Positions 11,895 through 26,140 are shown, numbered from the whole stretch's first letter. The stretch: 63,781 bases of DNA, filler included, from Peribolospora baueri (GCA_029717555.1; 3 parts of 3 records of this genome joined end to end with filler, not necessarily neighbours in it), one strand, 5' to 3'. The notes: generated by a model not told the origin, from the letters alone. A program made the numbers and translations.

Positions 11895-14800
11895 TCAAGC
11901 AGGAACGAGGGGACGGTAAACTGTCGAATGAGATGAAGGAGGACAGTAAACAAAATATGGGTGAGTGAAACAGATCGCACCGCCGGCTACCGACTTGCGA
12001 CGAGGAAAAACTATTTTCTTGCCGCCCAACTCACGCGGCTCCCACATGCTCCCATGCACAAGCTCCTCGATCGCCTTGGCATCGTTCACATCCTTGGGAA
12101 GCATATCTTTGTCCATCCTCGCGGCGCCTTCCTCAATGGAAGCCTTAATAACGGCTGAAGCGACCGCAATCGACACTTTTCGCACGTCCGCCACGTCGGG
12201 CAAGAGCGGGCCATCGGGATCCTTGAGGGCTGGAGACAGGGATGCGAGGGCCTGTACACCTGCAACGATCATCTCATCTGAGAGGCGCCGGGCGCGAGAG
12301 AGGATGACGCCTTGGCCGAGGCCTGGGTAAACAAGACACTGAGAATGGAAAGCGAGAAGAAAGGGGAGGGCGGTTGGAATGGTTTAGAGGATGCGTAAGA
12401 TGCTTAGCTCGAGAAAACGGTTATCGTCGAACGAGTGGGACGCCCCACCGCTGCCTCACGTTGTTACACTCGGAAACGATGTACTCCTTTCCAGTCTTGG
12501 GATTCTTCCACGGAGGGAAAGGGCTGCCAGTGGCAATGATCGCCTTCCCATCCGTCCATTGCATAACATCAGCTGTAAGAGTGTGGGCATGCAAACAAGC
12601 TTGGGATTAGTCTCTGCTTTCCCCGCTACACAGGAACAGACCTAACTCTATCCCTGTGGCCTTGGTCTGCACGAACAGAGTAATGCAGGGCTAGCTCACC
12701 AGGATCAACTTCGCAGAGCGTCGTAGGGTTGCTCAGTGGGAAGATGACCGGCCGGTCGACGTGCTTGGACATCTCGGTGATGACCTCCTTGCCGAACGCC
12801 CTAGCCTGGCCAGACGTGCCTATGAGCACAGTGGGATGGGCGTTGTGGACAACGTCGTAAAGCTTGAATCCTTCCCTACCAGGGTCGGCTTTTTCCCAAC
12901 CTTTCACTTCCTCTGGCTCACGAGCCATTTGGTAGTGAACTACGATGTGCAAAGCACGCAGAAGGGAAGTGGATGAAGTCAGCAAGGCCGTGCCAGATGC
13001 CAAGTTCAGCGCGAAGGTCACCCTCACTAGGTTTCATCTGCCTGCCTTTAACGACCAGCCCAAAACGATCGATAAGGCTGCACGACGGCACAATGGGAAA
13101 CCTTGGCTCAGCTTGCCTCCTCTGCAGAAAGTCAACTGGCTCAGACTCTTCACCATGGAAAGCCATCGCTCACTAGAACCTCTTGTTAGCCTCTTCCTTT
13201 GACAGGCCATCGATTTGCACCATAGCGTCCCTCATACGGGTGGCGATACCCATACCTGCCGTTCCGGGACCGAAGATGCATACCCTCTGGTCCTTGAGCT
13301 TGCTCTTCTTGATGCCCATCGCCGACATAATCGCTGCAAGCGTAACGGCGCCAGTTCCCTGGATATCGTCGTTGAAGCACGATACGCTATTTTGGTACTT
13401 GTCCAACAGGCGTTGCGCATTGGCGTTCCCAAAGTCCTGCATGGAAAAGAGAACATGGTCCAGTGTCATCGTTCGCAGGTCGTCAGAGAGCACGATGTGG
13501 CGGAAGAGCCAAGAAGACCCTCTCACCTCAAAGTGCAGGAACGCGTTGGGGAAGAATTCATCGACGGCGCGAACAAAGCTGTCAACATAGTCGTCATACT
13601 CCTTGCCCCGGAGACGGCTGTGGCGCCAGCCCATGTAGAGAGGGTCGTTGAGGTACTGATCATTGTCTGTACCGACATCGAGGACTACAGGGAGCACTCT
13701 GAGAAGCGCAGCGAGGGGATAAAATGAGTGAGCGACGATGACGGTGGTGCGATGCCAGCGGAAGGTGAGGTGCTGCAGAGAAGCTCACCGATTCGGATCG
13801 ACACCTGCGCCAAGAACGTAAAGCCTGAGGAACGGCCAAGCGCCACAAGGATCGATCTATGAACAGAACGCCGGCGACAGAACCGACTACGCGTACGGCG
13901 CCACCCTCAGCCCAGAACGCGCCATCGGTGGATAGCTCACGTTGTTTTTCCGATACAAATTTGCACGCCGCCCACGCCTTGATCCCCGATACCCAAGATG
14001 GCTTCCGAGTCAGTGACGACGACGAGGTCAATGTCGTTTTCGGTCAGCGCACCGCTATGAGTGAGACTCTTCCTCATCTGGTCGCTGTACCGGGGGCTGA
14101 TCCTCGAAGGCGAAGGGCCCAGCTTTTGACCTCCAACGTCCTCTCCAGACGCAGGAGGCGTAGGGGGACGAGAGGGAGCTTCAAAACTAGGCTTGTGCGT
14201 GGGGTAGGTGAGAAAAATACCATCCGGACGGCGGAAGAGTTGCGAGTAGTGCTGGATCGCTTCGCCGCTGTGGGCGTACGAACAAAAGGGAGATGAGACG
14301 AACCGGATACGAATGAGCAAATGCTAAGTTCAGGGATATCATGTGCAGTACGGTGGCTCACACTGTCGGAGTGTAAATGATGGGCAGAGTTGCCTTCAAG
14401 TGCTCAAGCAGGAGGCGGTGGAAGAGAACCTGGTTCTGCTCGCTGTCCGTTAGTGCGGAGGGAAGAGAGATCAGCCCTGGGAAGAGAGGTGGCTTTGGAG
14501 CCGATGCCAGCTTACCGCAGGGAGATGAGAAACGAGTATCTGAGGAGGTTGTTAGGGCGCGTGCAGAACTGATCCCATGCTCTCTGAACGTCGAGACGCG
14601 ACACGATCGATCGATGCGAAGTCAGCGGTCCCTGCGCAGATCCTGGCCACCTTGCTCTGAACGCCATAGGACACACCTTCAGTTGCTTCTCCAAAGACTG
14701 GACGTCATGAGGAAGCAGCCCCTCAAGGTCAAATGTCAGGCGCTCCTACATGGAAGAGAAGCAGGCGGGACCGGGTAATGAGATATTTGTTCGCTCAGGC

Positions 14801-15448
14801 AAATACGAGGGCGGCTTCAGCGGCTGAAGGGATCACTGACCTGCCGAGTAACTGGAAGTAGGGGCGTATATGTTCGATGGGGAGCACATGCCCGTCAGCA
14901 GAATAGTCGACCCTCACGTCTCATACGCCTGACGAACCCGCTCCTCGTCCGGGCTCGTCTGACAAACGTTCGATCCAAACTGTACGGACGATCGACGACG
15001 CATGGACGAGGCGAAGCTCACACGCAGATCCCTTGTTCAATATCGGGTTCTCCAACAGCGTGGAACGTCTGTCCTTGACGCGAGCAGGGTGCACGCCCTC
15101 GACGACGACGGTTCCCATCATATCGACCTTCTCCCCCGGTATCCACTTCTCCGACCCCTCCCTAGGTTCCTTGCCGCCCCAGAGCTCTCGGATGTACACC
15201 CCATTGTGAGGAATGCGCCATGGGTGAGGAGCACGAAGGCCCTGCATGGTTGCTGTGTCCTCGGTGGAGGGCGTTTGTGGTTCTGACGTACCAGTCTCGC
15301 GGGGCGGGTCATCCTTTGAGCGTGCGTTAAAGCTAGACGCTGCGCGAGAGTGGACCGCTAGGAGTGCGTTGGAGCTAGTACGAGCGGGGACGCAGACAGG
15401 TTCGACGACCCAGCGCGAGATGCCCAACCGGGCAAGGCGGGCGGCCAT
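11895..15448 (-). CDS. MAE1: NAD(P)-dependent malic enzyme, mitochondrial, many exons
   Basis: Motifs [104 protein letters not shown], ending VYRPLVPA*. Confidence 0.93.
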
Positions 15449-15952
15449 GATGACAAAAGACGCTTGCTTGCTGAAAGAGCAGGAAAGAGCAGGTTCTCAA
15501 CGTCGTCCAAGGTTGTCAGTGGAGGACTTCTCGCGCGCGAACGGCTGGACCCATCTAATCGTGCCGCAGCTGCGTGTCGATGACGCACGGGCCGTCGCCG
15601 CATACCTGGGTGAAACATATGGCAGGGCAAGGAGCACGAGAAGGAAAGGCACTCCGAGGAGACGCTTCGCGAACGGAATGAGCGCATCGTAGCGTTGGAT
15701 GCGCGCAAATACACGTACGAACATCTTGGGCGCACAGAGCTAGCATAGGTATGAGCATGAAGGGTGAGGTATGGATTGCGCTGACGCCCCCTCGGACGGC
15801 GTGAGACGAAGATCAATTCGCCCAGCCAAAAGGTTCAACGACTACACGGGACCAAGGAGGGCTATGTCAAGTCGTTCCGAGACACGACGGAGATGGCTCC
15901 TACGCAACGTGACATGCATGGACGCCGCAGACCGTATAGCGCCCCCGAAAGG

Positions 15953-18037
15953 TCAGTCCTCAAACTGCACGCCTACCCATTCCTCCCTCCAAGTCTCGTC
16001 TGAAGGTGCTCCGGCGGCGCTAGACACGCAGCAGTCCTTCTCGCAAACAAACACCACTGCGATCGCCCAATCGATCCCGCTTCGTTCCTTGGGGTCCTTT
16101 GCCGCCTCGGTAATCCGAGAGCCCCCGCTGCCTTGGTCGTCTGCGGGCGTCCGGCCGAGGATACGACTCAACTCTGCCCGTCGTTCGTCGTCTGTCTGAC
16201 TGGCGGAGTTTTTACCTCGCTCGGAGGAGGAACCGTCGTCGCGAGGAGACAGCGAGTGGGCGAGATGGGGCATCAGTTGGAGCTCGAAGACTCGCCTGGA
16301 GCCGCAGACCTCGCATGGGGGTACCCGCGAAGGATCGTATTTCCGCTGGTGCGAAACCGGTGCGGAGGGAGCAGAACCAGCAGCAAAAGCTCCTCCGGTG
16401 ACGGCTGTAAGTGTCCCTGGCGGCGGTGCGGAAGAGGACGGGTCGGGGAAGAGGAGAGAGTAAAGAGAACCGTTTGCGTTGTACGGTAGGGGTTCGCCGC
16501 CGAATTCGTATCTGATGACCGTAGGGGTATTTTTCAAAGGAAGACCTAAGTGTCTTTGAAAAGGACGGAAGGAATCTATCGCGCAGCGGCCTACTCACCT
16601 GATGCACTGCCCACCGTGCTCGCCCACCCTCTTGGCGAATTTTTCAAACACCTCATCTACCCCTTCGACAAACATCTTCTCGTATCCCTCCTTCCCCCAC
16701 TTCTCTGCCTTGTCTCCCCCGCCAATGTCCACGCCGGCCTCGGCGTCGCGTGCGGCCTTCCGTTGGGCAGCCGTCAACGAGGACATCGAGAGCGCTTCCC
16801 GACTTGACAGGCTTTCGGTCACAGTGGACAAGTAGAGCGGTCCGTATGAGGGCGCGTGGGGGGCCCAATCTGTTTGAAAATGCCAATATCGATAGCGAGA
16901 GCTCAGTTGCGTTGAAGTGTGGTACGGGCGGCGTGATTGTGGGAGGAATGGAAAGCACGCTCACCTTGCGAAGAATCTTTCTCCGCCAGACTCGCCTTTA
17001 TGGCAAGCTCTTCCGCCAGTTGCTCGTTTACATCCTCGTCCTCGTCCTCGTCCTCGCTTTCGCTTTCTTCCGAATCCTCCCTGTCGGCGTGCTCGCCTAC
17101 TGCGGTGGGCTCAGCGTCCGACGAGGCAAACAGGTTGTTTGGCGCCGCCGCCGCCGCCCCGCTGAATAGGAATGAGCCGAGATCGGAGCCGGTGTTGGTT
17201 TGCGAAGTCGAGGTCTGCGACTGGAACGATTGAGATGTGAGGAAACCGTTTTCGCTTCACGCTCTTCAACGTGCGCATGCACCCACCAAAAACGGGTTCG
17301 AGCTCTTCCCCTGCGCTTCCATCTTCTCCTTGTCCGCCTTCGCTCTCCGCGCCGCGTCTTCACGCTCCTGCCTAGCTTTCTCCTTTTCCTCTTTGGCCTT
17401 TCGCTTCTTGGAGAGTTTGGCTGCCCATCGCTCGTTGCGTTTCAACGTTCGTATCGCGCGGACGCTGTCAAGGACACGAAGCCAAATAGGAAGCATTGTA
17501 AATGGGTAGATCGCTTGTCGCGCGTTGGTGAAGGGTTAATTAGAGATGAGTGTCCGTGCTCACCTGCCGTCCTTCCGCTGACATCCCCTCCGAGCGCAAC
17601 CCCAAACCATCAACGTCCGATCATACTCGGACTCTTCGAGCGGCGCGAAGATTTGAGCCAAGAGCTCCATCAGGCCACCGCATACCTTGCATATGGCGAC
17701 GTCTGCAGGCGGCGGAGATGCTAGCGGGAGCCACGACTGTGAAGAGCGGGGACGGCAAACGGGAGACTTCATCAGCCCATCGAAACTCGGCGGCAAGCCA
17801 AGGCGAGACGTTAAATTGCAGGAGCATAGCCCCAACCGAATTATGTACACAAAAGAGAAGAGAAAGTAAAGAGCGAACTCCACCCACAGGGCGGCCGCCG
17901 ATCCTGCTGACGAGCGGGTTTTTCTCGTCACCCGGCTCGAGCGGACCGTCGTTGAGGCCTAGTTGGACGTCAGTGACGAGCGAGCCTACCGACTCGTCGT
18001 CCGAGTCGGAATCGTAGATGGGTCTCGGAGGAGGCAT
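15953..18037 (-). CDS. TSR4: PDCD2/Tsr4 family uS5 chaperone (20S rRNA accumulation protein)
   Basis: VQLGL..SRIGGRP, CKVCGGLMELLAQIFAP, DRTLMVWGC, QCIRYEFGGEPLPY, VPPCEVCGSRRVFELQLMPHL, DW...VFVCEKDC and WREEWVGVQFE. Confidence 0.9.
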
Positions 18038-18797
18038 GATGAGAAAGAAGGAGAGGGGGGGTGCTCGAAGGGGATAGGCTGGGGTAGGGTACCTAACAAA
18101 ACTTCAAAGTGGAAAAGCAACTTGGTCAGCTTTCACGCCGCCTCCGCCGAGCGAATGCCAAGGACAAGGAGAAGACTAAGGATATTCCTCCCCTCCACAA
18201 AACAAGTGCCTCAGAAATGCATGAATGGTAAAATAAAGAAGTCTCGTCACGGAGGCGTCCGAGCAAGGCGCGGTCAAGACGACCGGCGAAGGACAGACTT
18301 GTATCGGACTCGTCATCTAAGGAGTTCATCTTGGGTACAAGCAGGAGAAGGTAGGAGAGGGGGAACGAAAACAAATGGAACGGGACTCACCAAGGCAGAG
18401 ACGTATACTAGGGGGTTCGAGTGGTGGGGGTTTCAAGTGGTGGTGGTGTTGGAATGCTTCGTTTGAACGACGACGGCCGGTCGACTTTTTTTTTTTTCTG
18501 ATCGACGGATCGCCGCAGTCCGCAAACGCCGACGGCGTTCCCCTGTGCGCCCGACTTCGCCCTCCTTTCAGATCTCGTTGTCTTTATGTTCTATTCTTCC
18601 AAAATCTTGGTCTCGAGCGAGCTACCGGGTACATCGTACAGGCGCAAGTCCATCTCACCAGTTGGAGACTGCACGTCTCGTCGAGAGTCGTATAGGACCG
18701 ACTGCCTCGCGAGACGTTTGCTCACGCCTCAAATTCAACGGGCGCTCTTCCGTCATTTATTGCCGAATGAAGAGTGAAATCATTGCTCCTCCCGCGA

Positions 18798-21700
18798 CTA
18801 GGAGGCAGTGGATTTCGGCGAATCCTTGCCTTCGAAATCAAAGTCCGGAGGCGGCATCCACCCAGAAGGGTATGCTGGGCCAGGGTAATAGGCGCGTGGG
18901 AGAACGTCGAGCAGCTGAGGAGAAGACAGGGCGAAAGGACAAGTGAAAGGGAAGAGAGAAGGCGCAAGCAGACGGAGGAGGGCAAAGTCGATAGACCCAT
19001 GCAGAGCGGGTGAATGAGATGAGCAAGGGATGGATGCGAAAACAGGACCAAGAGCGAGAGCGCACCTCAGGCTTGAGCTGGTCCAGCCGAGTAACGCCCA
19101 GGAGTCGCATTCCACGAGTGATCTCGTCGTGTAGGACTATGGCCGAGCGGGCGACCATCGAGAATTAGGTACGGGGGGTAAAAGTGAATCACCGGTCGCA
19201 ACCACAAGAGAGGACACTGCCGGAAGCATCCAGTACTCACTTCCCCAAGCCCTCTTGACGCCCTCCTCTGCCCATCCGCTCTGGGCATACAGGAACGGTC
19301 GGCCGAGTCCGACGGCTTTGGCACCTAGACAGAGCGCCTTGAGGACGTCCGTTCCGCGCCGGACGCCGCCGTCGAGGTAGACTTCTAGCTTGTCAAACAC
19401 CTCTGGCGCTTCCTTCCGCAACGCGACTAGGACGTCGATGGACGGTTGGGCGCTGTGCGACAGGTACAGGAAGGCAAGGGCCGGGGAGCGGTGAGAAGAG
19501 AAAGTGGATTGGTTCGGCGTGCGATCAAAATCAAACTTACTAGTCTAGAGATCGACCACCGTGCTGCAAAAACGCAGAATAAAGCGAAGTGAGATGAACA
19601 TTCATTGGGAGGATAAGCGGTCAAGTCAAATGAAGGCGACAAAGTCACACATGTCAGAGGTCCCACGATACTGACGTTCGAGATGACGATACCTTGAACA
19701 CCAGCTTTGCAAGCCAGTTTCGCGTCCTGAAGGCCATGGAAGACATGACGTAAGAGAGCGAAGGTCATCAACAACTGTCTTCTGTCACGCTAGCACGGCT
19801 ATCCTCTCCCCGTCATGACCGCGGGCGCTTCACCTCACAACGGGTCGTACAATGATCTCGTCCTTTCAAACGCAACGAAACCACAACTTACTTCAACGGT
19901 CTGTATCCCTTTGAGCACGATGGGCAACTTAGTCTGCTTCTTCAACCACGCTACGTCTTCCCATGATAAGTTGGGGTCGATGTATCCGCTAATCGCGCCC
20001 GCAACGCCACCGGTCTTCGAACCCGAACCCGTGACGCTGCTGGGGGTGGGAGAGGAGCCGTAGTTTGCTGGACCCTGTGTGGGTGAGACGAAGAGTAATG
20101 GAACGTTGAAACGAAAGACAAAAAATGGACAAGAGCAGGTGCAGATGAGACAACGGCGTGCAGGAAACAGATATATACGTAGATAAACACTTTGGAAAGA
20201 TCTATTAAAGGAAAAGGACGGCTAGGCGGACTCACCTCTACCTCAACCTCCTTCACTCTCAAGTCTCTTTCTCTCTTGCCCATGACGTTGGCATCGACGG
20301 TGAGCCAGATAGCCTTGCAGCCCAACCTCTCGACCTTCTGAATGAGCCTCCGGCTAGCTTCGCGATCCCTGTTCATGTAGAGCTGGAACATGAGCGGCTG
20401 GTCCTCTCTCGTCTTGCTCTCCACCATCTCTTCCAGGGAACAAGACGCGTTGGCAGAGATGCCTTGGATGATGCCCATCTGTCCAGCTCCGGCAGTGAGG
20501 TTACACTCGCCGCGGGGATGTCCCAATCGAGCCATGGCGGCGGGGGAGATGTAAATGGGGAGCGTGACAGGATAACCGAGCATCGAGGTGCCGGCGTCGA
20601 CATCATCAAGCTGTCCTACTAGAACCCGGGGCTTGAAAAAGATACGGGAGAAGGCAGTTCGATTGGCATTGTGGGCTGTCAAAGGACGAAAGGAAGGCCA
20701 TGTTAGTTCAGATACAGCAAGCGGGAAAGACGGGGCAGATCAGTACGCCACCGTCCGGGGTCGAAGGAAGCTACACACTGATTTCGTCATCGCCAGCGCT
20801 GGAGTAGTAAGCCCAGGCTTGAGGAGAGAGAATAGCTTGCGCAACTCGCTGCAGAGAACATGAAATGGAAAGGCCGGCTTTCAGCGCTTTGGTTGCTGCA
20901 GGCTTTCAACCCAGATCTAAGTCAACAACAGGCCGGTCCACGCTCCACTGCCTGCTCACCTCCATATCATCCAAGTTGAGCACGGCTTCCACTGGAGGGA
21001 TATTTTCTCTCGCAACCCTCCTCCTTCTCTCCTCTTCCGTCTTCTCTTTGACGACGACTTTGACGGTCTTTGGGTCCACAGCGCCAACGTGCGCTTGAGG
21101 GCGCTCTTTAATGTATTCGGGCAGGAGGGTGGGCGCATGAATCGGGTCGAATATTTCACTTTGCAAAAGATAAAGACAAGGAAGAAAGAAAATAAAGTAG
21201 CAGTCAGCATAGCTAGCGTCCGGGTCCACTCTCTAAAGGAGCGAGGGAACCAAAGCCAGCAAGCGCAGCGCGGCGATTGGAACACAGCATGGCCACACTC
21301 ACGTAACGTCTTTGCCAGCGTTCTTAAGAATGGCCTTGACCCCGCCGGGATGGTGGTCAAGGAACCCCGTGAGGTCATACACCTGTCCGTGAATGACGAC
21401 CCAAGCGCTCTCCCTAGAGTTGTGCTTCTCCACCTCGGCCATGGTGATCATTCCTTCCACCGCGTGCCCTGCCGAGGACGTTTCCACTGTTGTTTCGAGG
21501 TCATTTTTACGTTTACCGGCAGAACCTTTGATGCGTTTGACGCTGGGAGGGGCGTCTGCTGAGACAGGGGAGTGCAGAAGGAGATAGAGAGCGGCGGACA
21601 GGGATATGGCAAGAGCGGTGTAGAGGATGCGGTGGGTGGAGAAAATCGAGGACTCGGACGAAGACGGGTTAGGGCCAGAGCTTGAGAAGGCTCGCCATTG

Positions 21701-21853
21701 AAACTCCCGGGTGCGCCCGCTCCGGCTGGGGACAGAGGCCTGCCTCAGCGACGGAAAAGAGGCCCGCCCTGTCTGGGTGACACGGCGCGAGGGCCATGCC
21801 AGGCGGGCGGCGGGGGCCAGCTGATGGAGGAAGAGACGCGAGGAGGGATGCAT
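18798..21853 (-). CDS. CYB2: Flavocytochrome b2 (L-lactate/L-2-hydroxy-acid dehydrogenase)
   Basis: Presequence plus hydrophobic sorting segment; cytochrome b5 domain [25 protein letters not shown] domain [49 protein letters not shown] and DGGVRRGTD. Confidence 0.92.
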
Positions 21854-22168
21854 GGGGCGATCGAGCGACGGTGGGCAGTGAGGGGCAGGCGATGGATGTC
21901 CACGTCTCTCGCCTTCTTGTGTCGGCGGACGAGCGGATACGATGAGGGGGAAGTTGCTCGTCTTGCCTCTGTCGTCCCGCACTCTTTCTTGTACGAACCC
22001 CACCGCGGCCCTCGGTCCGAATTTCCTGGAGTACCCCGGACAACGCCCAGTTAAGTCGCCGGCGTTTAACCGGCCTGAGCACGTGATTTTGCCGCAGCTT
22101 TCTCGAGGAGACCTTCGCCGGGCCTGAATCTTCCTCTTTCCCGCGCTATCTCGAAGGAGGGCAGAAGC

Positions 22169-23992
22169 ATGGCTTCGACGGTTTCATCATCACGACCGGG
22201 CTCAGCCAACGGTGCCGGAGATGCAGAAGGAGCAGTTCCGCTTGGAAAGCATCTCGCTTCCACTGGTGGGTCTCGCCATTAGCCATCTTCGGCATCTTAG
22301 TCGCCTTCGTCAACGCTGCGATGGCTCGTCGCTAACGCTTTGTCCTCCATTTTTTTCCTATTTTCACGTCGTTAAAACCCGTCGTCCTCTCTTAAAGAGA
22401 AGAAAGTGCGTGACAGAGCCATCAGGTCCCTGGCTGCCTTCCTCTCTCAAGCCTCCTCTCGCAACGATGGTGGTGACGAAGACGCGGATAGCCTCGATGA
22501 GGCCATCCTTCCGCCGAAGGAGATCGCCAAGCTTTGGAAGGGTATATTCTATTGTGAGTGCGAAGAGGATCTTGTTTTGCCAGAATTGAACGGCTAGATA
22601 GTCATAAGCTCTGCCATTCGGTGTCGATCGTTCAAGGTCAGCCTACTGAATATTGCCCCTTCCTCCAGGCTTTTGGATGTCCGACAAACCGCTAGTCCAA
22701 CAGTCCCTCGCCCAAGACCTCGCCGACCTCCTTCTCAAGATTTCCGCCAGCCCGTCTGAGAAGATCGATGAACAGAATCGGGGCAGTCTCTCTCGCGGAG
22801 GGAAAGCGAAGGAAAAGGCGACAACGAGCGCGAGGGCGCAAAAGATCAGGCTGAGGAGGGCTTTCGGCTTTCTCGAAGGGTTCTGGGATGCGCTTGTTAG
22901 GGAATGGAACGGCATCGATCGGCTGAGGTGAGTTGGACCGGCAAACAAACAGATGAGCACGCGGCCATCAGATTCCTCGGCAACGGTCTGACTGCTTGTA
23001 ACCCTGGCGATTTCATTCCTCGCTCACTATAAACCACAACACGAAGGATCGACAAGTATTACATGCTCGTCCGACGATTCGTCAACGCCTCTTTCCGACT
23101 TTTGGCACGAGAAGGGTGGGACGAGGAGGGATTGAGGGAGTATGAGAGGATCATGACCAAGACTGGGGGCCCATTGTGGTGAGTATTCGTTCTGTCGTAT
23201 TTTGGAACTTGGGACACTGGCGATTCTAATGGATTCATTTTTTGATGACTCGTATCAATTTTAACTTCCTTTTCCTTCTTTGTTAGTGTCAATGACCCGC
23301 GCGTCCCTGCTAGTATCGGATATCACCTCGCAGACATCTACCTCGACGAGTTAGAGAAGGCCCTTGGTGCGATGGAAGGTGTCGCCACCGGCGAACACCA
23401 AACGCTCTCTCAAGTCCCGCTCCTTCCCCTCCTCGCGCCCTTCTACTCCCTCCTCGCGGCCGTCCAGTCCTCTACATCGTTCGACCGTGTCCTAGAGAAC
23501 GCGATCAAGCCTGCCATCCAGGCTTGTGACGCGGCAGAAAAGGCGCTCGGGAAAATGTCGCGAACGGGCGAAGAAGGCGACGTTAAGGAGGAGAACGATA
23601 GACGGAGAGGTGACAGAAAAGAAGGTGGGCGAGAGAAGAAACGGCGTCGGGTCGCGGACTCGCGGTCGAATGGCACAGCGGAGGAGGCGGAGGCGGACGG
23701 AGACGGGGAGGACGTGGAAGGCGGTACAGCAGAGACGGATATGGATCGGCGGATGAAGCTGGCCATCGCAAGCACTCGCTTTCCGCGGATCCTCACTTTC
23801 TCCTCCACCTCCGCTCACGTCGAGTCCACATCCTCCGACCACTCCGAGCCGACGATGCGCCCGGCAAGGCTGAAGGACGCACTGACGCGCGAGCTGTTCC
23901 GGAAGAGCGAGGAGGAGGAGACGCGGCAGCCGAACAAGAAGAAAATGCGCGCGGCTTGGAAACGGGTTGGGGGTGCCCGCCCTGAGGACTAG
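22169..23992 (+). CDS. RRP1: Ribosomal RNA processing protein (Nop52/Rrp1 family)
   Basis: [38 protein letters not shown] and [28 protein letters not shown]. Confidence 0.92.
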
Positions 23993-24066
23993 GATGACGG
24001 AGGAGGGAGCAGCGTTGTGTTGTGATCGAGTCTGGGCCTCCAGGGAGGACGTGTGTATGTAACGTA

Positions 24067-24095
24067 GTGTCTCGACGGGACGTGTCTCGACGGGA
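24067..24095. repeat. Two-copy 15-bp-period direct repeat (gtgtctcgacggga) upstream of SER3
   Basis: Exact 14-nt duplication visible in the sequence. Confidence 0.7.
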
Positions 24096-24405
24096 AAACC
24101 GCTTTGGTACCCGTTCGTCGCCCCCAAGGAACGCTCCGGCCATGCAGGCCAGGGCGAGGCGCCATCCTGCATGCACGCACTGATCTTGATTAAGATCGAT
24201 TCTTCTGCGGCGGCGGTACCAGAGACCCTTTTCTGGCTTCCCCGCGCCCTGCCGCGCATCTCCGTCCCCAGTGCGAGGGTCGGGCTCGGAGCGATGTCGC
24301 AATTTCTTCCCGTCTTCTTGCCGCCGCTGACTCGGAAGCCACTCGGTCGAACGAACGTTTTTGGCCGTCCCTCCCTTTCTTACCCACCACCAAGACCTCG
24401 TCGAC

Positions 24406-26140
24406 ATGTCGCACGCGAATGGCATTCCCATCCCGCCCCGCTCCGGCGGGCCCTCCTCAATGAACTTGGGCAGCGTGGCGATATCTCCCAGCTCTCCTCC
24501 GAACCCGTTCAGCACCTCGCCCAGTCATGCACGCTCCGGGTCCCTGCCGTCCGGCTACACGGCGCCCAAAGTGCTTCGCCCCTTCAACACGAGCGAGATC
24601 CGCGTGCTCGTGCTGGAGAACATTAGCCAGGGGGCCGTGGCCATGCTCAAGGAGCAGGGGTACCAGGTGGATTTCTACACCAAGGCCATGGGTGAGGACG
24701 AGCTGGTGGAGAAGATCGGCCAGTACCACGCGATCGGCATCCGGAGCAAGACGAGGATCACCAAGAGGGTCATCGAGGCCGCTTCCAAGGTAGGTCGCGT
24801 CGTCGGACGAGACGCCACGAAGAGCTCTGCGTGCCTTGCGCAACGTGACTGAAGCGGACTGGCCGGCCGGGCCTCGTTCGTCTCCTTCTCCTTCTCCTCC
24901 TCCTCCTCCTTTCCCAGCTCCTCGTCATCGGCTGTTTCTGCATCGGCACGAACCAAGTGGACCTGGTCAACGCGGCCAAAGCGGGCATCTCCGTGTTCAA
25001 CTCGCCGTTCTCTAACTCTCGCTCGGTGGCGGAGATTGTGATCTCCGAGGTGATCGCTCTCTCGCGCCAGCTCGTGGACCGGTCGATGGAGCTGAAGCAG
25101 GGCATCTGGAACAAGGTATCGAAGGGGTGCTGGGAGGTTCGAGGAAAGACGCTCGGCATCGTCGGCTACGGTCACATCGGCTCGCAGCTGTCCGTGCTTG
25201 CAGAGGCGATGGGCATGACGGTGCTGTATTACGACGTCTTGCCTATCATGCCTCTCGGCCAGGCGCGCCAGGTGGAGACCCTAGAGGAGCTCCTCAGCTC
25301 GGCCGACTTCGTGACGCTCCACGTGCCGGAGCTGCCTGAGACGCGCGACATGATCGGCGTGAAGGAGCTTGCGTTGATGAAGAAAGGTTCCTATCTCCTC
25401 AACAACGCCCGCGGCTCGGTCGTCGACATCCCCGCGCTCATCGACGCCCTCTCGTCCGGCCACCTCGCTGGCGCGGCGGTGGACGTGTACCCCAAGGAGC
25501 CCGCAGCGAACGGCCCTTCGTTCAATGACCAGCTCAACCCCTGGGTTTTGGCGCTCCGCAAGCAGAAGAACGTCATCCTGACCCCGCACATCGGCGGGTC
25601 CACCGAGGAGGCTCAGAGGATGATCGGCCAGGAGGTGGCGACGGCGTTGGTGAGGTATATCAACTATGGCGGAACGTGAGTGCTTCGTCTACCTGGTCGC
25701 CGTCGGGGGTGGGCATGGGCGAGCGTCCGGCCTGTTCATATGATCTCTGTGTCCTTTCCAGCGTCGGCGCCGTCAACTTTCCCGAGGTCGACCTACGCGC
25801 GATCAGCGCCGAGGAGAAGCACGCCCGTCTGTGCTACGTGCACGCCAACCAGGTGAGAAGGCGAGGGTGGCGCGGACGGCACGACGCGGCCTCGGATGCG
25901 TCCCCGACGGGGTCTGACCGAGTAACCCCTGTTTTTTCTCGTCCCGCGCAGCCGGGCGTGCTCCGCGAAATCAACGAGATCCTCGCGGACCACAACGTGG
26001 AGAAGCAGTATTCGGACAGCAAAAAGGACATTGCCTACCTCATGGCCGACATTGCCGACGTGGACCAGGACACCGTCAGGGACATTTACGAGCGCATTGG
26101 CAGGACCAAGGCGAACATTCTCACCAGGATCCTCAGCTGA
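24406..26140 (+). CDS. SER3: D-3-phosphoglycerate dehydrogenase with C-terminal ACT domain
   Basis: AIGIRSKT, IGCFCIGTNQVDL, FNSPFSNSRSVAE, GKTLGIVGYGHIGSQL, LLNNARG, ILTPHIGGSTEEAQ, AVNFPEV and HANQPGVL. Confidence 0.96.
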
